A stretch of 64,000 bases of DNA from Chrysomallon squamiferum (GCA_012295275.1 CM022676.1:7998001-8062000); one strand, 5' to 3'; shown: positions 32,282 to 47,003, numbered from the stretch's first letter. Translations and numbers: made by a program. The notes: generated by a model from the letters alone, not told the origin.

Positions 32282-33970
32282 CACACACACACATATTATT
32301 TATCTTTTCTTCGAGACGTTGGGTCGTGACGTAATGACTGTGCCTAACTTCCCCCATAATAATTGCAATCTGTGTTTTTATATATATATACTTACACATC
32401 TTGACTTTTGAACTTAAAGGTATGTATATGTGTTTAGGTATGTATGTTTGTATTTATCTATGTGTATACCCACATACTCACAGAAACATACACACACAAA
32501 CACATATTAATGCGATTATTGTAATTTCCACACATGACAATTTTTATGTAAATGAAAACATAATTTCATTCCATCATTCCATGTTTCAGATGATCAGACT
32601 GAATCAAACACTGTACATCAAAATGCAGGGAATCTGTATTCTCCTCTAGACGAAAGACGAAATAACGTCCCGTATGACGTCTTAATGCCTCATAGTAAGT
32701 GAACTGATACTGAAAATCACAGATAAGAAAGCGAGTATTGTTTGCTAATGATACACTTCGTAAGGCACTTTCACGGAAAATTAAACACGACTGATAAAAT
32801 CTCAAGCTAAATTCAGCAGCGAACAAACCAAAACTAACATTGACTGTGATTCCAAAAATGTTGTGTATTTCCTAACATGCAAGTAATCTGAATAAATAAA
32901 TAAATAACTGTGTCGGCCAAACACAAAACATGTTACGAGTTAGAACTGTTTGTCACAAATGTGATATTAGGCATGAAGTTGACATTCCTATCGCCAAACA
33001 TTTTAAACTACCTTGCCATATATTGGAGGATCATTTCCGAATGTGAAACTTACGTTTAAAGACTTGAACGAATGGCGTTTTGCATTCGCACATTACAAAC
33101 ACAAAAAACACATGGTCCAAAGCACATTGTAATAAACATTACAGTGGTCAACTTTAAGTCAACTCGAATACGTAGAGTGTTTAAGTGTATATTTTTACAT
33201 GTGCATTATCTTTCTCTGTAAAGTGACATAACTATCTATCTATATATCTATCTGTCTGTATGTCTATCTATCTATCTATCTATCTATCTATATATATATA
33301 TTTATATATTTATACACACACACACACATTATAGGGAGTATCGTTTTCTCCGTATATCACAATTTCTATATAAACGAAAACATAGTTTAATTTCATGTTT
33401 CAGATAATCAGTCTGTTACATCCGCTGTACATCAAAATATAGAGAATCCATATTCTCCTCTAGATGAAAGACGAAATGACGTCCCATATGACGTCTTAAT
33501 GTTTAACAGTGAGTGAACTGATATTAATTAATGATACAGAAGTAAACGAGTATTGTTTGTTAAGCATACACTTATTTAGACACTTTCATGAAAAAATAAA
33601 CAAGGTTGTTTCACCGTTATGAATACAAGAAACTAAAACTGGACATCCACGATTTTCCAGACATATACACACATACACTCGCAACACACACACACACACA
33701 CACAGACACACACACACACAGACACACACATATATGCAGAGACACATGCACTTTCACACATTGATGTATCCTCATAGTAAGTGAACTGACATTGAAAATC
33801 ACGGAGAAGAAAGCGAGTATTGTTTGCTAATGATACACTTCGTAAGGCACTTTCACGAAAAATTAAACACCACTGATAAAATCTCAAGCTATATTCAGCA
33901 GCGAACAAACCAAAACTAACCTAGACTGTGATTCCAAAATTGTTGTGTATTTCCTAACATGCAAGTAAAA

Positions 33971-34009
<39 letters not shown>

Positions 34010-34283
34010 CTATGTCGGCCAAACACAAAACATGTTACGAGTTAGAACTGTTTGTCACAAATGCAATATTAGGCATGAAGTTGACATTCATATCACCAAA
34101 CATTTTAACCTACCTGGCCATATATTCGACGATCATTTTGAGCAAAAACTCGGTTCAAAAACTGAAACCGACCTTTAAAGACTTGAACGAATGGCGTTTT
34201 GCATTCGCACTTTACAAACACAAAAAAGCATTTGGAGTTAATAGTGAATCAAAAGAATAATTTTCCCATTAATTTACGATGGC

Positions 34284-34340
<57 letters not shown>

Positions 34341-34817
34341 AGACACACACACACACAGACACACATATTTATTACTTTTTCTCCGAGACGTTGCGTCGTG
34401 AGTAATGACTGTGCCTAACTTCCCTCATAATAATTGCACTCTGTATATATATATCCAAAAATATACACTTACACATCTTGACTTTTGAAATTAAAGGTGT
34501 GTATATGTGTTTAGGTATGTATGTTTGTATGTATCTATGTATATACCCACATACTCACAGAAACATACACACACAAACACATATTAATGCGATTATTGTA
34601 ATCTCCACACATGACAACTTTTATGTAAATGAAAACATAATTTCATTCCATCATTCCATGTTTCAGATTATCAGACTATCGTTGTAATAAACATTACAGT
34701 GGTCAACTTTAAGTCAACTCGAATACCTAGAGTGCTTAAGTGTATATTTTTACATGTGCATTATCTTTCTCTGTAAAGTGACATAACTATCTATCTATAT
34801 ATCTATCTGTCTGTATG

Positions 34818-34870
<53 letters not shown>

Positions 34871-35286
34871 ATATATATATTTATATATTTATACACAGAC
34901 ACACACACACACACACACACATTATAGGGAGTATCGTTTTCTCCGTATATCACAATTTCTATATAAACCAAAATATTATTTAATTTCATGTTTCAGATAA
35001 TCAGTCTGCTCCATCCGCTGTATATCAAAATATAGAGAATCCATATTCTCCTCTAGATGAAAGACGAAATAACGTCCCATATGACGTCTTAATGTTTAAC
35101 AGTGAGTGAACTGATATTAATTAATGATACAGAAGTAAACGAGTATTGTTTGTTAAGCATACACTTATTTAGACACTTTCATGAAAAAATAAACAAGGTT
35201 GTCTCACCGTTATGATGTACAACAAACTAAAACTGGACATCCACGATTTTCCAGAGAGGAAGGCTCCCTGTTATTATAATACATCG

Positions 35287-35317
<31 letters not shown>

Positions 35318-35611
35318 TCGCAACACACACACTCGCACACACAGACAAACACACACACACAGACACACACATATATGCAGAGACACATGCACTTTCACAC
35401 ATTGATGTATCCTCATAGTGAGTGAACTGACATTGAAAATCACGGAGAAGAAAGCGAGTATTGTTTGCTAATGATACACTTCGTAAGGGACTTTCACGAA
35501 AAATTAAACACGACTGATAAAATCTCAAGCTAAATTCAGCAGCGAACAAACCAAAACTAACCTAGACTGTGATTCCAAAATTGTTGTGTATTTCCTAACA
35601 TGCAAGTAATA

Positions 35612-35646
<35 letters not shown>

Positions 35647-36076
35647 CTATGTCGGCCAAACACAAAACATGTTACGAGTTAGAACTGTTTGTCACAAATG
35701 CAATATTAGGCATGAAGTTGACATTCATATCACCAAACATTTTAACCTACCTGGCCATATATTCGACGATCATTTTGAGCAAAAACTCGGTTCAAAAACT
35801 GAAACCGACCTTTAAAGACTTGAACGAATGGCGTTTTGCATTCGCACTTTACAAACACAAAAAAGCATTTGGAGTTAATAGTGAATCAAAAAAATAATTT
35901 TCCCATTAATTTACGATGGCCGCACACACACACAGACACACACACACACACACACACACAGACACACACACAGACACAGACACACACACACACAGACACA
36001 CATATTTATTACTTTTTCTCCGAGACGTTGGGTCGTGAGTAATGACTGTGCCTAACTTCCCTCATAATAATTGCAC

Positions 36077-36133
<57 letters not shown>

Positions 36134-36476
36134 AAAAATATACACTTACACATCTTGACTTTTGAAATTAAAGGTGTGTATATGTGTTTAGGTATGTATG
36201 TTTGTATGTATCTATGTATATACCCACATACTCACAGAAACATTAATGCGATTATTGTAATCTCCACACATGACAACTTTTATGTAAATGAAAACATAAT
36301 TTCATTCCATCATTCCATGTTTCAGATTATCAGACTATCGTTGTAATAAACATTACAGTGGTCAACTTTAAGTCAACTCGAATACCTAGAGTGCTTAAGT
36401 GTATATTTTTACATGTGCATTATCTTTCTCTGTAAAGTGACATAACTATCTATCTATATATCTATCTGTCTGTATG

Positions 36477-36552
<76 letters not shown>

Positions 36553-36580
36553 TATATTTATATATATATATTTATATATT

Positions 36581-36625
<45 letters not shown>

Positions 36626-36988
36626 TATAGGGAGTATCGTTTTCTCCGTATATCACAATTTCTATATAAACGAAAACATAATTTAATTTCATGTTTCAGA
36701 TAATCAGTCTGTTACATCCGCTGTACATCAAAATATAGAGAATCCATATTCTCCTCTAGATGAAAGACGAAATGACGTCCCATATGACGTCTTAATGTTT
36801 AACAGTGAGTGAACTGATATTAATTAATGATACAGAAGTAAACGAGTATTGTTTGTTAAGCATACACTTATTTAGACACTTTCATGAAAAAACAAACAAT
36901 GTTGTTTCACCGTTATGAATACAAGAAACTAAAACTGGACATCCACGATTTTCCAGAGAGGAAGGCTCCCTGTTATTATAATACATCG

Positions 36989-37023
<35 letters not shown>

Positions 37024-37204
37024 TCGCAACACACACACTCGCAACACACACACTCGCACACACAGTCACACACACACACAGACACACACATATATGCACA
37101 GACACATGCACTTTCACACATTGATGTATCCATGGACTTATTTTCTTACGTGTGTATACGTGTTTATATGTGTGTATATTTCATTGCATGTTTCAGATAC
37201 TTAG
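24726..37204 (+). CDS. IgSF receptor D: SP - V - C2 - V-like - C2 - TM - multi-ITAM/ITIM tail (708 aa if a 1-nt deletion at ~25494 is corrected)
   Basis: Exons 24726-24783, 25196-25503, 26018-26281, 26503-26796, 27109-27369, 28080-28196 (TM), 28673-28703, 29084-29130, 29618-29725, 30314-30418, 31962-32066, 32590-32694, 33404-33508, 34997-35101, 36700-36804, 37197-37204 (NT*). All GT-AG and in phase, except exon 2 is 308 nt with TGA at 25498-25500. Confidence 0.7.
25196..25503 (+). CDS. V-like Ig exon of D (1-nt deletion near 3' end)
   Basis: [16 protein letters not shown]...GQC...YSC...GTVWRCG; ends AAACTGAAGTGAGAG|gt versus AAACTGGAAGTGAGAG|gt in paralog E. Confidence 0.8.
26018..26281 (+). 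CDS. C2/I-like Ig exon (domain 2 of D)
   Basis: DGPGMSLK...[15 protein letters not shown]...[11 protein letters not shown]; 264 nt. Confidence 0.88.
26503..26796 (+). CDS. V-like Ig exon (domain 3 of D)
   Basis: [33 protein letters not shown]...TFKC...VTI...QGDIWRC...SNRVVLKVR; 294 nt. Confidence 0.85.
27109..27369 (+). CDS. C2/I-like Ig exon (domain 4 of D)
   Basis: DGPETSLR...[15 protein letters not shown]...[11 protein letters not shown]; 261 nt. Confidence 0.88.
28080..28196 (+). CDS. transmembrane exon of D
   Basis: [38 protein letters not shown], 117 nt, phase 1-1. Confidence 0.8.
29283..29386. mobile_element. short dispersed repeat / MITE-like insertion
   Basis: Reverse-complement copy at ~51850-51960 and a related one at ~47200-47300; imperfect terminal inverted repeat (agtctcgtcag / ctaaccagact); abuts a remnant (PYDVIIFD) of a tyrosine-motif exon. 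Confidence 0.55.
30630..30980 (+). mobile_element. possible Penelope-like retroelement relic
   Basis: [20 protein letters not shown] resembles the P..YRR..NL.D.LV.A linker preceding the GIY-YIG domain (family memory); partial copies at ~32950-33110, ~34040-34285 and ~35680-35920. Confidence 0.35.
31149..31365. repeat. 52-bp minisatellite, ~4 copies
   Basis: gagaaaggataatagtatgaagtgtaagaatgttatctgtttagagatgttt recurs at 31149, 31201, 31252, 31304 and partially at 31356. Confidence 0.9.
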
Positions 37205-39271
37205 ACTGCGCCAGAGTCTGTACATCAGGAGAGAAGGAATCCATATTCTTCTCTAGAAGTAAGAGGATACGAAGTGCCATATGACGTCATACAAAGATGA
37301 TAGTAAATGAAATGATATCCGTGAATGATAAAGAAGAGAACAAGTATTGTTTGTTAATCATACACTTCGTCAGGTACTTTCATGAAAAACTAAACAAGGT
37401 TAAAATCGTTAAATTAATTTTATTAAAATACGAAGATTACGTATATTCAGTTTCTAGAGTCTCACAGGAGTTGAACTCTGTAACTAGCTGTATGTGAGAA
37501 AAGTTATACACATTTGAATGAGTTGCTAAACGCGAATTCCTTCCATTCATTGCCGTTGTGTGAAGTCTGGCTCTAACTGTGTTGAAATTTGTCACGAAAA
37601 GTGGCACATTTGTCATGAAAGATTAACGCATTTACAGAAAAACACAAACATGGTTAATCTCAATAATACATATATAGATGTATACTTATATACATACGTA
37701 CATACATACATACATACATATATATATATAACTCTATTTACGTAAAGCATAATCCGCCCAGCAGTAATATGAGTATTACAAAGAGTAGCAGAAGAAGCAG
37801 TGTCTTAATAGCACAGTTAAGAGAAGGCAAACATGTGTGCTAGATAACCAAGGTTCAAACTGCTCATAAAATGTTATACCTGAATCTTACAGCTTACCCT
37901 TTTGTGTTACGTAGACCTAAAGAAAAATAAATAAATAAATAAATAAAGGTCTTTGCGATCTGTCTCCTGTTCTGGTATATATATATTTATGCTTCAGCTT
38001 TTGTAAAGATACGAAGTACAGGTTTTGATAACTGTCGACGTAATATGAGTGAGCATGTGATAGATAGATTGTGCGTGTCTGTTCATGATTATTTTGTGTA
38101 AGGGTTTTCTCGTACGTATTTACAGACGCAAAAGAGAGATTTGACATGCAAGTGCACAGTGTATACGCTTTCCTTTTTATAATTGTTGTTGTTGTTGTTG
38201 TTGTTCCTATTATTATTATTATTATTATTATTATGTTTTCGTTGTTGTTTTGTTATCATCATTATCATTGTTATCATTTTTATTACTGTTGTTTTTATTG
38301 TTGTTGTTGAGTTGTATTATGATTTTTTTATTGGTGTTGTTTTTATATTTTTAGTGTTGTCGTCGTTATCATCATTATTATTATCATCATAATTATTGTC
38401 GTTGTTGTTGTTGATGCCAGTCGTTTATGTTGTTTTATCATAACTGTTGTTTTTGTTTTTGTTTTTGTTTCTGTTGTTTTGCTATTGTCGTCATTATTAT
38501 TGTTGCTATTGTTGTTACTATTACTGCTATGTTTGCTGCTGCTGTTATTATTGTTGTTGTTGTAGCTGCTACTTCTGCTGCTTAGCTGCCTTAATAACCG
38601 TTGCCGTTGTTGTTGTAATAAGGGTTAATTTTGTGAACGTTATTCTCTGCCAGTAGACCGTGTATATAATAAATCCTACGCCTCTTCAGTTATCTTATGT
38701 CAGGAGCTTCGGTTTCACTTCATGTCTCGTTTTTGCAAGCTGCATTATATCAGTATCGCTGTTAAAAGAATAACCTTCAAAACCAGTCTACTGTGAAACT
38801 TACAACGGCAATTTGCTTAGGATTTCGTTACACACGCTGTGAACTGAACCGAAAAAAAAAATAATAATAATAATAATAAAAAGAGCTAAAATTTATCTGA
38901 TCGAAATCACAGTCTATGCATTTCGTAAGGTTGTGTGTTTTCTTTGCCCTATTGACGAGCTGGTGTATTTAAATGTGTTACTCTAAACCCAAACATTATG
39001 TTGTATACATCGTGTGTAAGTTACAGAAAATTAATTTCCTTATTAATTTATATTATTTTTATTACTGGCTTTTTTTATCATCATCATCATTATTTATTAC
39101 TAGTAAAACTCCTCTTACTACTATTACAGTTAATACTACAGCTACTACAACAGCAGTAACTAAAAGTATTATATGCATATATAACCTTTCAAAGAAATAC
39201 AAATGTAAATGTGGATGAAATTAAACATGTATTCATTGTATTAACAAATTTTGCAGTTTAGTGAATAAAAT

Positions 39272-39311
<40 letters not shown>

Positions 39312-40744
39312 TATTTACTGACAGCAAGTCACACCAAACACAGAATGGGATCTTATAGTATAGCCTATACTACTATTACCACAACAACAAAACAACTACT
39401 ACTACTACTACTACTACTACTATTACTACTACTGTTACTACTACTATTACTACTACTAGCACTGTTACAACTACTGCTGCTTTGACTACTACTACTACTA
39501 CTGCTTTCTCTACTATTAATACTACTACTGTTGTTATTATTTTTCTTACTGATGTTGTTGTAAAGTACAATCTATGCTACTATTACAAATACCACTTCTG
39601 CTACTACCACTACCATTGTTACAACTACTACTACTACTGTTATTATTTTTCTTATTAATCTTGTTGTATAGTATAATGTATTACCACTACTGCTACTACT
39701 ACTATTATTACTACTGCTCCTACTACTACTATTACTACTGCTACTGCTACTACTACGACGATGACTGTTATTATTTGTCCTGTTGATGCTGAGGTTATTA
39801 TTATTATTTTTGTCATTGTTGATGTTTTTTGTTTCATGTAGTTATTGCTGTTTCTGTTAAACTGACGAAGATTTAAAAATATTAACAAATGATCGCAGAA
39901 CATTAAAACAATTTGAAGGTTAATGCCACGTAATAATCTTGATTTGTATTAAGGCTATCTAGATTTGTATATATATTTCTATATATATAATAATATTGAT
40001 ACATAGTAAATTGTAGTCAGTTAGACAGCCCATGCGATCCAATATTTCTGACTTCATCAGTCGAGATTTCTGTTAGAGTTACCTCACCCTTAATCCATGA
40101 CTGTCTAGCATCTACCCACTGACCAGCGCAGAATCGATGTTCCTGACAGAAGCCAAAGCTCCTGTTTGCACAGCTCCTGTTTGCACAGCTCCTTGAATCA
40201 CTGATACAAGTTCATCAGCACGCCAAAGAATGGATTATTAAGGGGAGATAAACCAGTTACTTCCAGTTACTTCCAGTTAAAGCCTCAAGGCCTGAAGTAT
40301 ATAATTTCCCTATATATATATAGGTAGATAGATAATAAAGTATCTCTATTTTTCTATAATTGTGACGTCATGTAATACACGATGGACGAATTTCTTCTAA
40401 ACTTTCTTCCAGTATTGTCAGAAAAAAATACAGCTATCAGCCTTCGATGACGTCACAACTCCATTTGCGATAGTCTAAAAGTAATATGACGTCATTTAAC
40501 TGTTTTGTACACACAATCATTTCATACTAACACTTTGTTATGAGCGTTGCCAGGTGCCTCAACAGAATTAAATAATAAACACAGAATTATTAAGATTTTT
40601 ATTAAACTGTTTATTTATACTACCTGAGGGACACATTAATCGAAAGCGAATTACAAAAATGTCATAGAAAATCGCGATTTTCGTAAATATCCTATTGGTA
40701 AAGCCTAAACCTTCTGTATATGAACGTCTTCGAGACTATGAAAC

Positions 40745-43485
40745 CTAAACAGTTTCGCTGGCATTCTGTGATTGGTTGTCAAAATCTATGACCTCATAGA
40801 ATTCATTTTCTTGATCCCCATGTGAGGAGTTTGGACCGGTGTTGCCCTCTGTTTCTTTACCAGGTGGCGCTTCATTGGCTGTAATAGAAATAGGGGGATA
40901 CCGGTTAATTAGTAACCAGTAAAAATAATGAAAAAAAAAGGATACCTAAGATATTTGGAGATATACTTAAAGAGAAAATGATAGTAAAAGCAGTGATGAT
41001 GATGATGATGTTTTTAATAATAATAATAATGTAGTAATGATGATTATAATACTGATGGTGATGATGATGATAATAATAATGATAGCAATGACGTTGACAA
41101 CGGCAGCGATGATGATGACAATAACCATAAAGAAAAAGAACCCTGGATAAAATTCAAAAATATTAAAACGTATGGCTGGCTGGCTGGATGGATGGATGGA
41201 TGTATATATGTCTGTTTGTGTATACTTTGACTATAATTATTAAAAACCTAAATAAATGTAAATTACCGGTACTTTGGGCTGTATTGTAATACGCGTTTTC
41301 TTCAGTGTGTTTTCTGAAATTATAAATTAATAACATGAAAATTTTAAAATATAGATTTCATTAAGTGCTCACAACAAACTGTTAATTAAATATAGGTAAA
41401 AGTAACTGGAAATAAAGTTAATAAGCCACAATTGTATTTTATAAATTAAGTAATGATAATATTAATGCTAAAAATATAGGTAAAATTAATCTATAATAAT
41501 TGGCTAAAAGTATTTAAATACAGGCATCATTAATTAATTACTAAAGGCTAAACATGTCTGACTTGCTATATACCATTAATTTATCCAAAATCTAGCTCTG
41601 CCATATCTGTAACATATCCCTAAATTATATCTAAATTATCCCGATGATATCCCTAACCCATCGCCATTATACGGTCACTGTTATTCCATACGTTTATCTC
41701 TAACCTACGCGTGATATATTTGACCGTATACGTATACGTGGAATATATGTAGAATGTTATAACCAGTAGATACTATTGTGGTAGAGTAGTAGAAGTAATA
41801 GTAGTAGATGTAGTAGTAGTAGTAGAAGTAGTACTACTAGTAGTAGTAGACGTAGTAGTAGTAGTTCTTGTTGTTGTTGTCGTAGCTGTAGTAACAATAC
41901 GAGGGGTACTAGTAGTAATAAATAATGATGATGATGATGATGATATGTTTTACCATATATATAGAATATCATTAACTTTTCCTTATTAACCCTTTATCTT
42001 ATATCTAATGGATAGAATTAGATGAATAACATATCCCAGTATATACATATCGTATCCTTGTTATATCCATGACTAATCCCACTTATATCATTAGCTTATT
42101 TGTTACCAAAATAAATCGCAATTTTTTAATACGAATTTTTTTTTTTTTTTTTTTTTTTTGGTGGGGGTTGTTGTTGTTGCTGCTGTTGTTGTTTCAGCAG
42201 CTGTGATTTGTAATTCGCTATTTATAAATTAATCTTTCCTTCAAAATTGTGCTCACATCATTTATTACCTTGACGGAAATACAAATTAATTAACTTTTGT
42301 TTTCCCGCACAATGCATTTGCCCTTTGTTTACCAGTAACACAGAATTCACTACAATCTTAAATTTTGTCCACCTTTTGTGTTTTCTGAACCAGAAAACTA
42401 AAAATAACGCAGCGCCAACAATTAAGAATATGACGACAGCAAAACCAGTAGCAAATCCTTCTCCAAAATGATTGTTGTTTTTATCTGAAAATAAAATAAA
42501 ATAAAATAAACAAAATAATAAATAATAAAATAAGAATGAATTAGGCAATTATTTACAAATGTTTTAAGACGTAAACATTTTTATGTTGCACGCGGATGTA
42601 TCTATATATGTATGTATGTGGCTATGTGTGTATTTCGGAGATTATGACAATTATTGCTTAACTCCTGCTATTACTACTATCAAACAAACAATATACTGCT
42701 GCAAATTATTGCTACCACTACTACTTCTACTATCACTACTCAAAAGTATAAGTGCTACTATTGCTTGGATAAATAAACGAATCAAGAAAGAATGCAATTA
42801 CAGAACAAAAAAGAGAAATGAAAGAATAAGAAAAATAGAAGTATTTGTATTGTAATTTCGAGTTTTTCTACTTTATATAAAAAAAATATTCATAAAAGTT
42901 TTGTATGACCTCTCAAATCCCCTATAATAATTTTCACAGTCTGATTGGCCGTTTCTTTCGTATCTGGGTTTGTGGCTGTACACGTGTAGACGCCTATTTT
43001 GTGTTCTATTAATATCAGCCAATGAGAGAACACTGCTATTACTTATCACGTGCCCTGTGACCTGCCATTCATAGTCACATGTCAGGAAGCATTTCGCAGA
43101 ACATGTCACAGTGACGTCACTTCCTTCCGCGACAAACAAAACGGATTTAGTCGGAAGAGAAGTCAGCCGAAGCGATACAACGGGACCATCTAAAATAAAA
43201 AAACAATCACATTGCGTTTATCCACATTTGTTATTCATTTACTACTGCCACTACTGCTTTTACTGCTTCTACTACTACTACTACCATTACTACTAATAAT
43301 AATACTACTATCACTACCACTGCGACTACTACTACTACTACTATTACTACTACTACTACTACAATCTACTTGTACTATGTTCTTGAGGATGATTATTATT
43401 ATTCATTATTATTATTATTATTATCATTATTATTATTATTTTTATTTTTATTATCATCATCATCAATCAATCATTATTACTGTTG

Positions 43486-43541
<56 letters not shown>

Positions 43542-43705
43542 GCTACTACTATACTACTACTACAATTATTATCGTGGTGGTCATTATTACAATTGTTATT
43601 GTTGATATTTATATTCGTGTTATTATTTTGTTTTTGCGCTCGTCATTCACTTGTTATCCTTGATGTATGTATGCATGCATCGTATGGTCTATGTACTGTA
43701 TACTT

Positions 43706-43763
<58 letters not shown>

Positions 43764-44191
43764 GCCAGACAAAAAAAAAACACTGTTAAATATAAAACTG
43801 CAGCAGTATATAATTAAACTATTAACGACATGTAATACGTAAGGTAAAAATATTAATAATAAATAATTTTACCTCTCACTTCCAGTTTTATTTCATTGCT
43901 GCGACCTCCCTCATCACCACATCTCCAAACAGTTTCCATGTTGACTGAGGTTTGACAGATTTTATTGTGAGGGTGTATGCATCAGCTGAACAGTTAACAG
44001 TGTATTCCTTTGGATGTGCAGTTGAAAAATTACATTGGCCTTGTCCTAGATCATGCACCCTGTATTCTTTGTTATTCTCAAACCATACAATTGTAGAAGC
44101 AGGACCTCCTCGACAGGTAAAAGTAAAATGTGATCCAACAACTGCATATCTGTCTGATGTTGTTAAATTGTAATCCTGACCTTAAATTTAA

Positions 44192-44225
<34 letters not shown>

Positions 44226-45169
44226 GTAATAATAATATATTTAAGAGAGATCAAATCACATCATTTTGCATTTCATCCTACATTACTCATATAGGAGTCG
44301 GCTCGGGAAACGGAACATATTTTGTTTAGTGCCAGTACGTACAATTACAGAAGTACCAAATAAATACAAATGATCACTGTATGCACGTACGTATTTACCT
44401 ACCTACCTAGCTACCTAGTTACTTATAAATACATACAAATATACATACATACATATATGCATGCATACATACATACATACATACATACACACACACATGT
44501 ATATTATATTCACAAACATATATGCACACACATACACATATATACATACATATATGTGTGTATGTATGTGTGTGCATATATATTCACAAACACATACACG
44601 AGATTCGTGTGCATAGAAAATATGTAGAGAAAAACCTGATATATGTATAGGTAATAAAAAGATTCAGGAATGGACAGACTGCAATTTTTGTTTTAATCAG
44701 TAGAATTCATTTTATGGATAATTTTTTCAAAGCCTTAGTTGTTTTTTTTTTTCATCAACGTGACCATTAGCGTACATAACCATCTCCCCCAGAAATAATT
44801 AAAAAAATGAACAAACTCAGATAGAGATAAATAATTTGTTATAAAAAAGAGATTCCTTGCATAGAAAATATACAAAACCCAATAACTGAACGCACAGAAA
44901 AATACAAAAGATTTCCAGTAGGACAGACTGCAATTACTATAAAAGACAGTTTTCATTTTATTATTATTTATCAAAGCCTTCTATTTTCTTGTTTAACTGT
45001 CTGCCGTTAATAAGAATCCTTCCTTTTTTCAAAGTTTTGTTAAATGAATATCGAGATTAACTCAGATACAGTAAAATAATTTAAAATATAAATTACAAAC
45101 CTGTTCATAGGCCCAGTGACGAACATCCCTAAACATACACACATACACACAGAAAAACGTACAACTCAT
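40745..45169 (-). pseudogene. IgSF pseudogene E: SP - V - C2 - TM - tail
   Basis: Degenerate SP copies (45101-45169 out of phase; ~44857-44915 lacking ATG and donor); V 43873-44180 with two +1 insertions; C2 ~42920-43189 with +1 insertion and no donor; intact-looking TM 42373-42484, 47-nt exon 41267-41313 and terminal 40745-40878 (..ENEFYEVIDFDNQ..ETV*). Confidence 0.75.
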
Positions 45170-45906
45170 TTCCAGTATTTTAGTTTTCACTGCCGTTAAC
45201 AAAAAGACAGTTTTAATTTTATTATCTTTTCTTCACTACTTTCTTGTTTCGACTGCCGTTAATAAGAATACTTCCTTCTTTGCTAAGTTATAAGGTGTTC
45301 TGAATATCGATCTGTCGCTATATGAATACAGTAAAATATTATGATTAAAATGCACTGCATTTCAAATCTGTTCACCTGCATATGAAAGATTATTTACAGC
45401 AATAAAATGTTTTTGTCATACGATAGTAAATGCAGCCATGACATAACAAAATGAAAGAATATATCAACTGTTATGTTTTCGTCTGTGTTTGGACAAAGGA
45501 GAGAAGTTTAAAAAAAAAAAAAAAAACCGTTTGGTGAAATGTGCTCGATAAACCTATATAATACGTATTATGTCGAGTATGCTAATATTTCTTTTTCAAG
45601 TGTTTGTGTCTGTTAGCGAGAGCAGGGGTAAATGATGTGGGAGGAATAGAGGGTGAGGGGGATGGGGAGAGGGGGATGGGGAGAGGGGAGATGGAGAGAG
45701 AGAGAGGGGATAGAAACAGAATTACGTGCATGTATATGTGTGTCTATATGTGTTTAGGAACGAATGTTATTGGGGGTTTTTTGTTTGTATTTTTTTTTTT
45801 TTGTTTTTTTCGTTTGTAGGGAGGTGTGTGTGTGTGTGTGTGTGTGTGCGTGTGTGTGTACACGTATGTATATGTATCCATATATGTATACGTATGCAGC
45901 ATATAT

Positions 45907-45955
<49 letters not shown>

Positions 45956-46564
45956 CAGACGAAAAAAAATACACACACACATACACAAATGTTCTTACCT
46001 ACATAATTATGTATTTACAGATATCTAGACAGTGAGTTCTTGGATACATGGACGCATGTACGGATACAATGATGCAAGGAATGAAAGAAAAATCAGAGAG
46101 AGAGACAGATGGACAGAGTGACAGATAAATACAGAATTAAACAAAAAGAGAGGAGTGTAAAATCAGAATGGTTGAAGTACAAAAATATCACGAATGAGAA
46201 AGGTTGAAATAAATAAAGACACCCAAACAGACGAATAGTGTTGGAAGACAAAAATGAAAACTTTAAAATATAGAGAATTGCAAAATTTTATTTACTATTT
46301 AAACGAAAAATAATATATTTATTGACATTCCTCCAATGTTTAAAAAATCATTATAAAATCATCATATAGAAATATATCATATTCAAAGAAAATAGCTCAA
46401 AAGTATCGCAAAAAAATAAAACCTTAGTTTACCAAGCATTGGAGAGGAAACTTATTAGTATAGAAAACTGTAAATATAGTTTTATTCTGCAGGATTTCAT
46501 TTCTCATATTACCTTTATACAAGAAATCTGACTTTAAATTTAATAAATATTTTTAAAATTATAA

Positions 46565-46603
<39 letters not shown>

Positions 46604-47003
46604 ATACGTCATATAAAAATAAAAAAAAATAAAAATGTCCGAATGAGACGTGTAAGTGCGTAAATACGTTAAATATTACGAGAAAAATATCCCGAGATTT
46701 TAACATAGTTACAGTCACAATTCACACAATGGTAATGAATGATAAAAAATTCGCGATTCTCAACTGATTAAAATGTTTATAACTTTTCTCACAGGTGGAT
46801 ATTTACACAGATCAAACTGAATATATATAGTCTTTGAATTTAAATATAATTATTTAGTAATTTAACCTTGCTTAATTTGTTCATGAAAGTGCCTTAAGAA
46901 ACGTACGATTGACAACTAATACTTGTATTTTTCTCTATGATGCATCAATATGACTTGATATACTTTCAAACTTTATGACGTCATATGGGAAATCATTTCG
47001 TCC

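Larger units (their letters stand above)
29618..37300 (+). repeat. array of 8 paralogous ~105-nt cytoplasmic tyrosine-motif exons within duplicated intron blocks
   Basis: Each starts catgtttcag|AT and the first seven end |gtaagt or |gtgagt; the blocks around 33404, 34997 and 36700 repeat at ~1.6-1.7 kb. Confidence 0.9.

Noticed and set aside
34012-35897. Duplicated 82-aa [15 protein letters not shown]... (34012 and 35649)
   Set aside because: Lies in duplicated intron blocks of gene D; other copies (~30630, ~32910) are disrupted, so it is most likely a retroelement fragment rather than a gene.
24726-37204. Assigning gene symbols such as CEACAM, CD22, hemicentin or Alr
   Set aside because: Similarity is architectural only; orthology cannot be shown from the sequence alone.
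29618-37300. Regularly recurring conserved blocks resembling a CRISPR or other repeat-spacer array
   Set aside because: Units are ~105-nt spliced exons with GT-AG borders separated by long, themselves duplicated introns; eukaryotic context, no cas genes.
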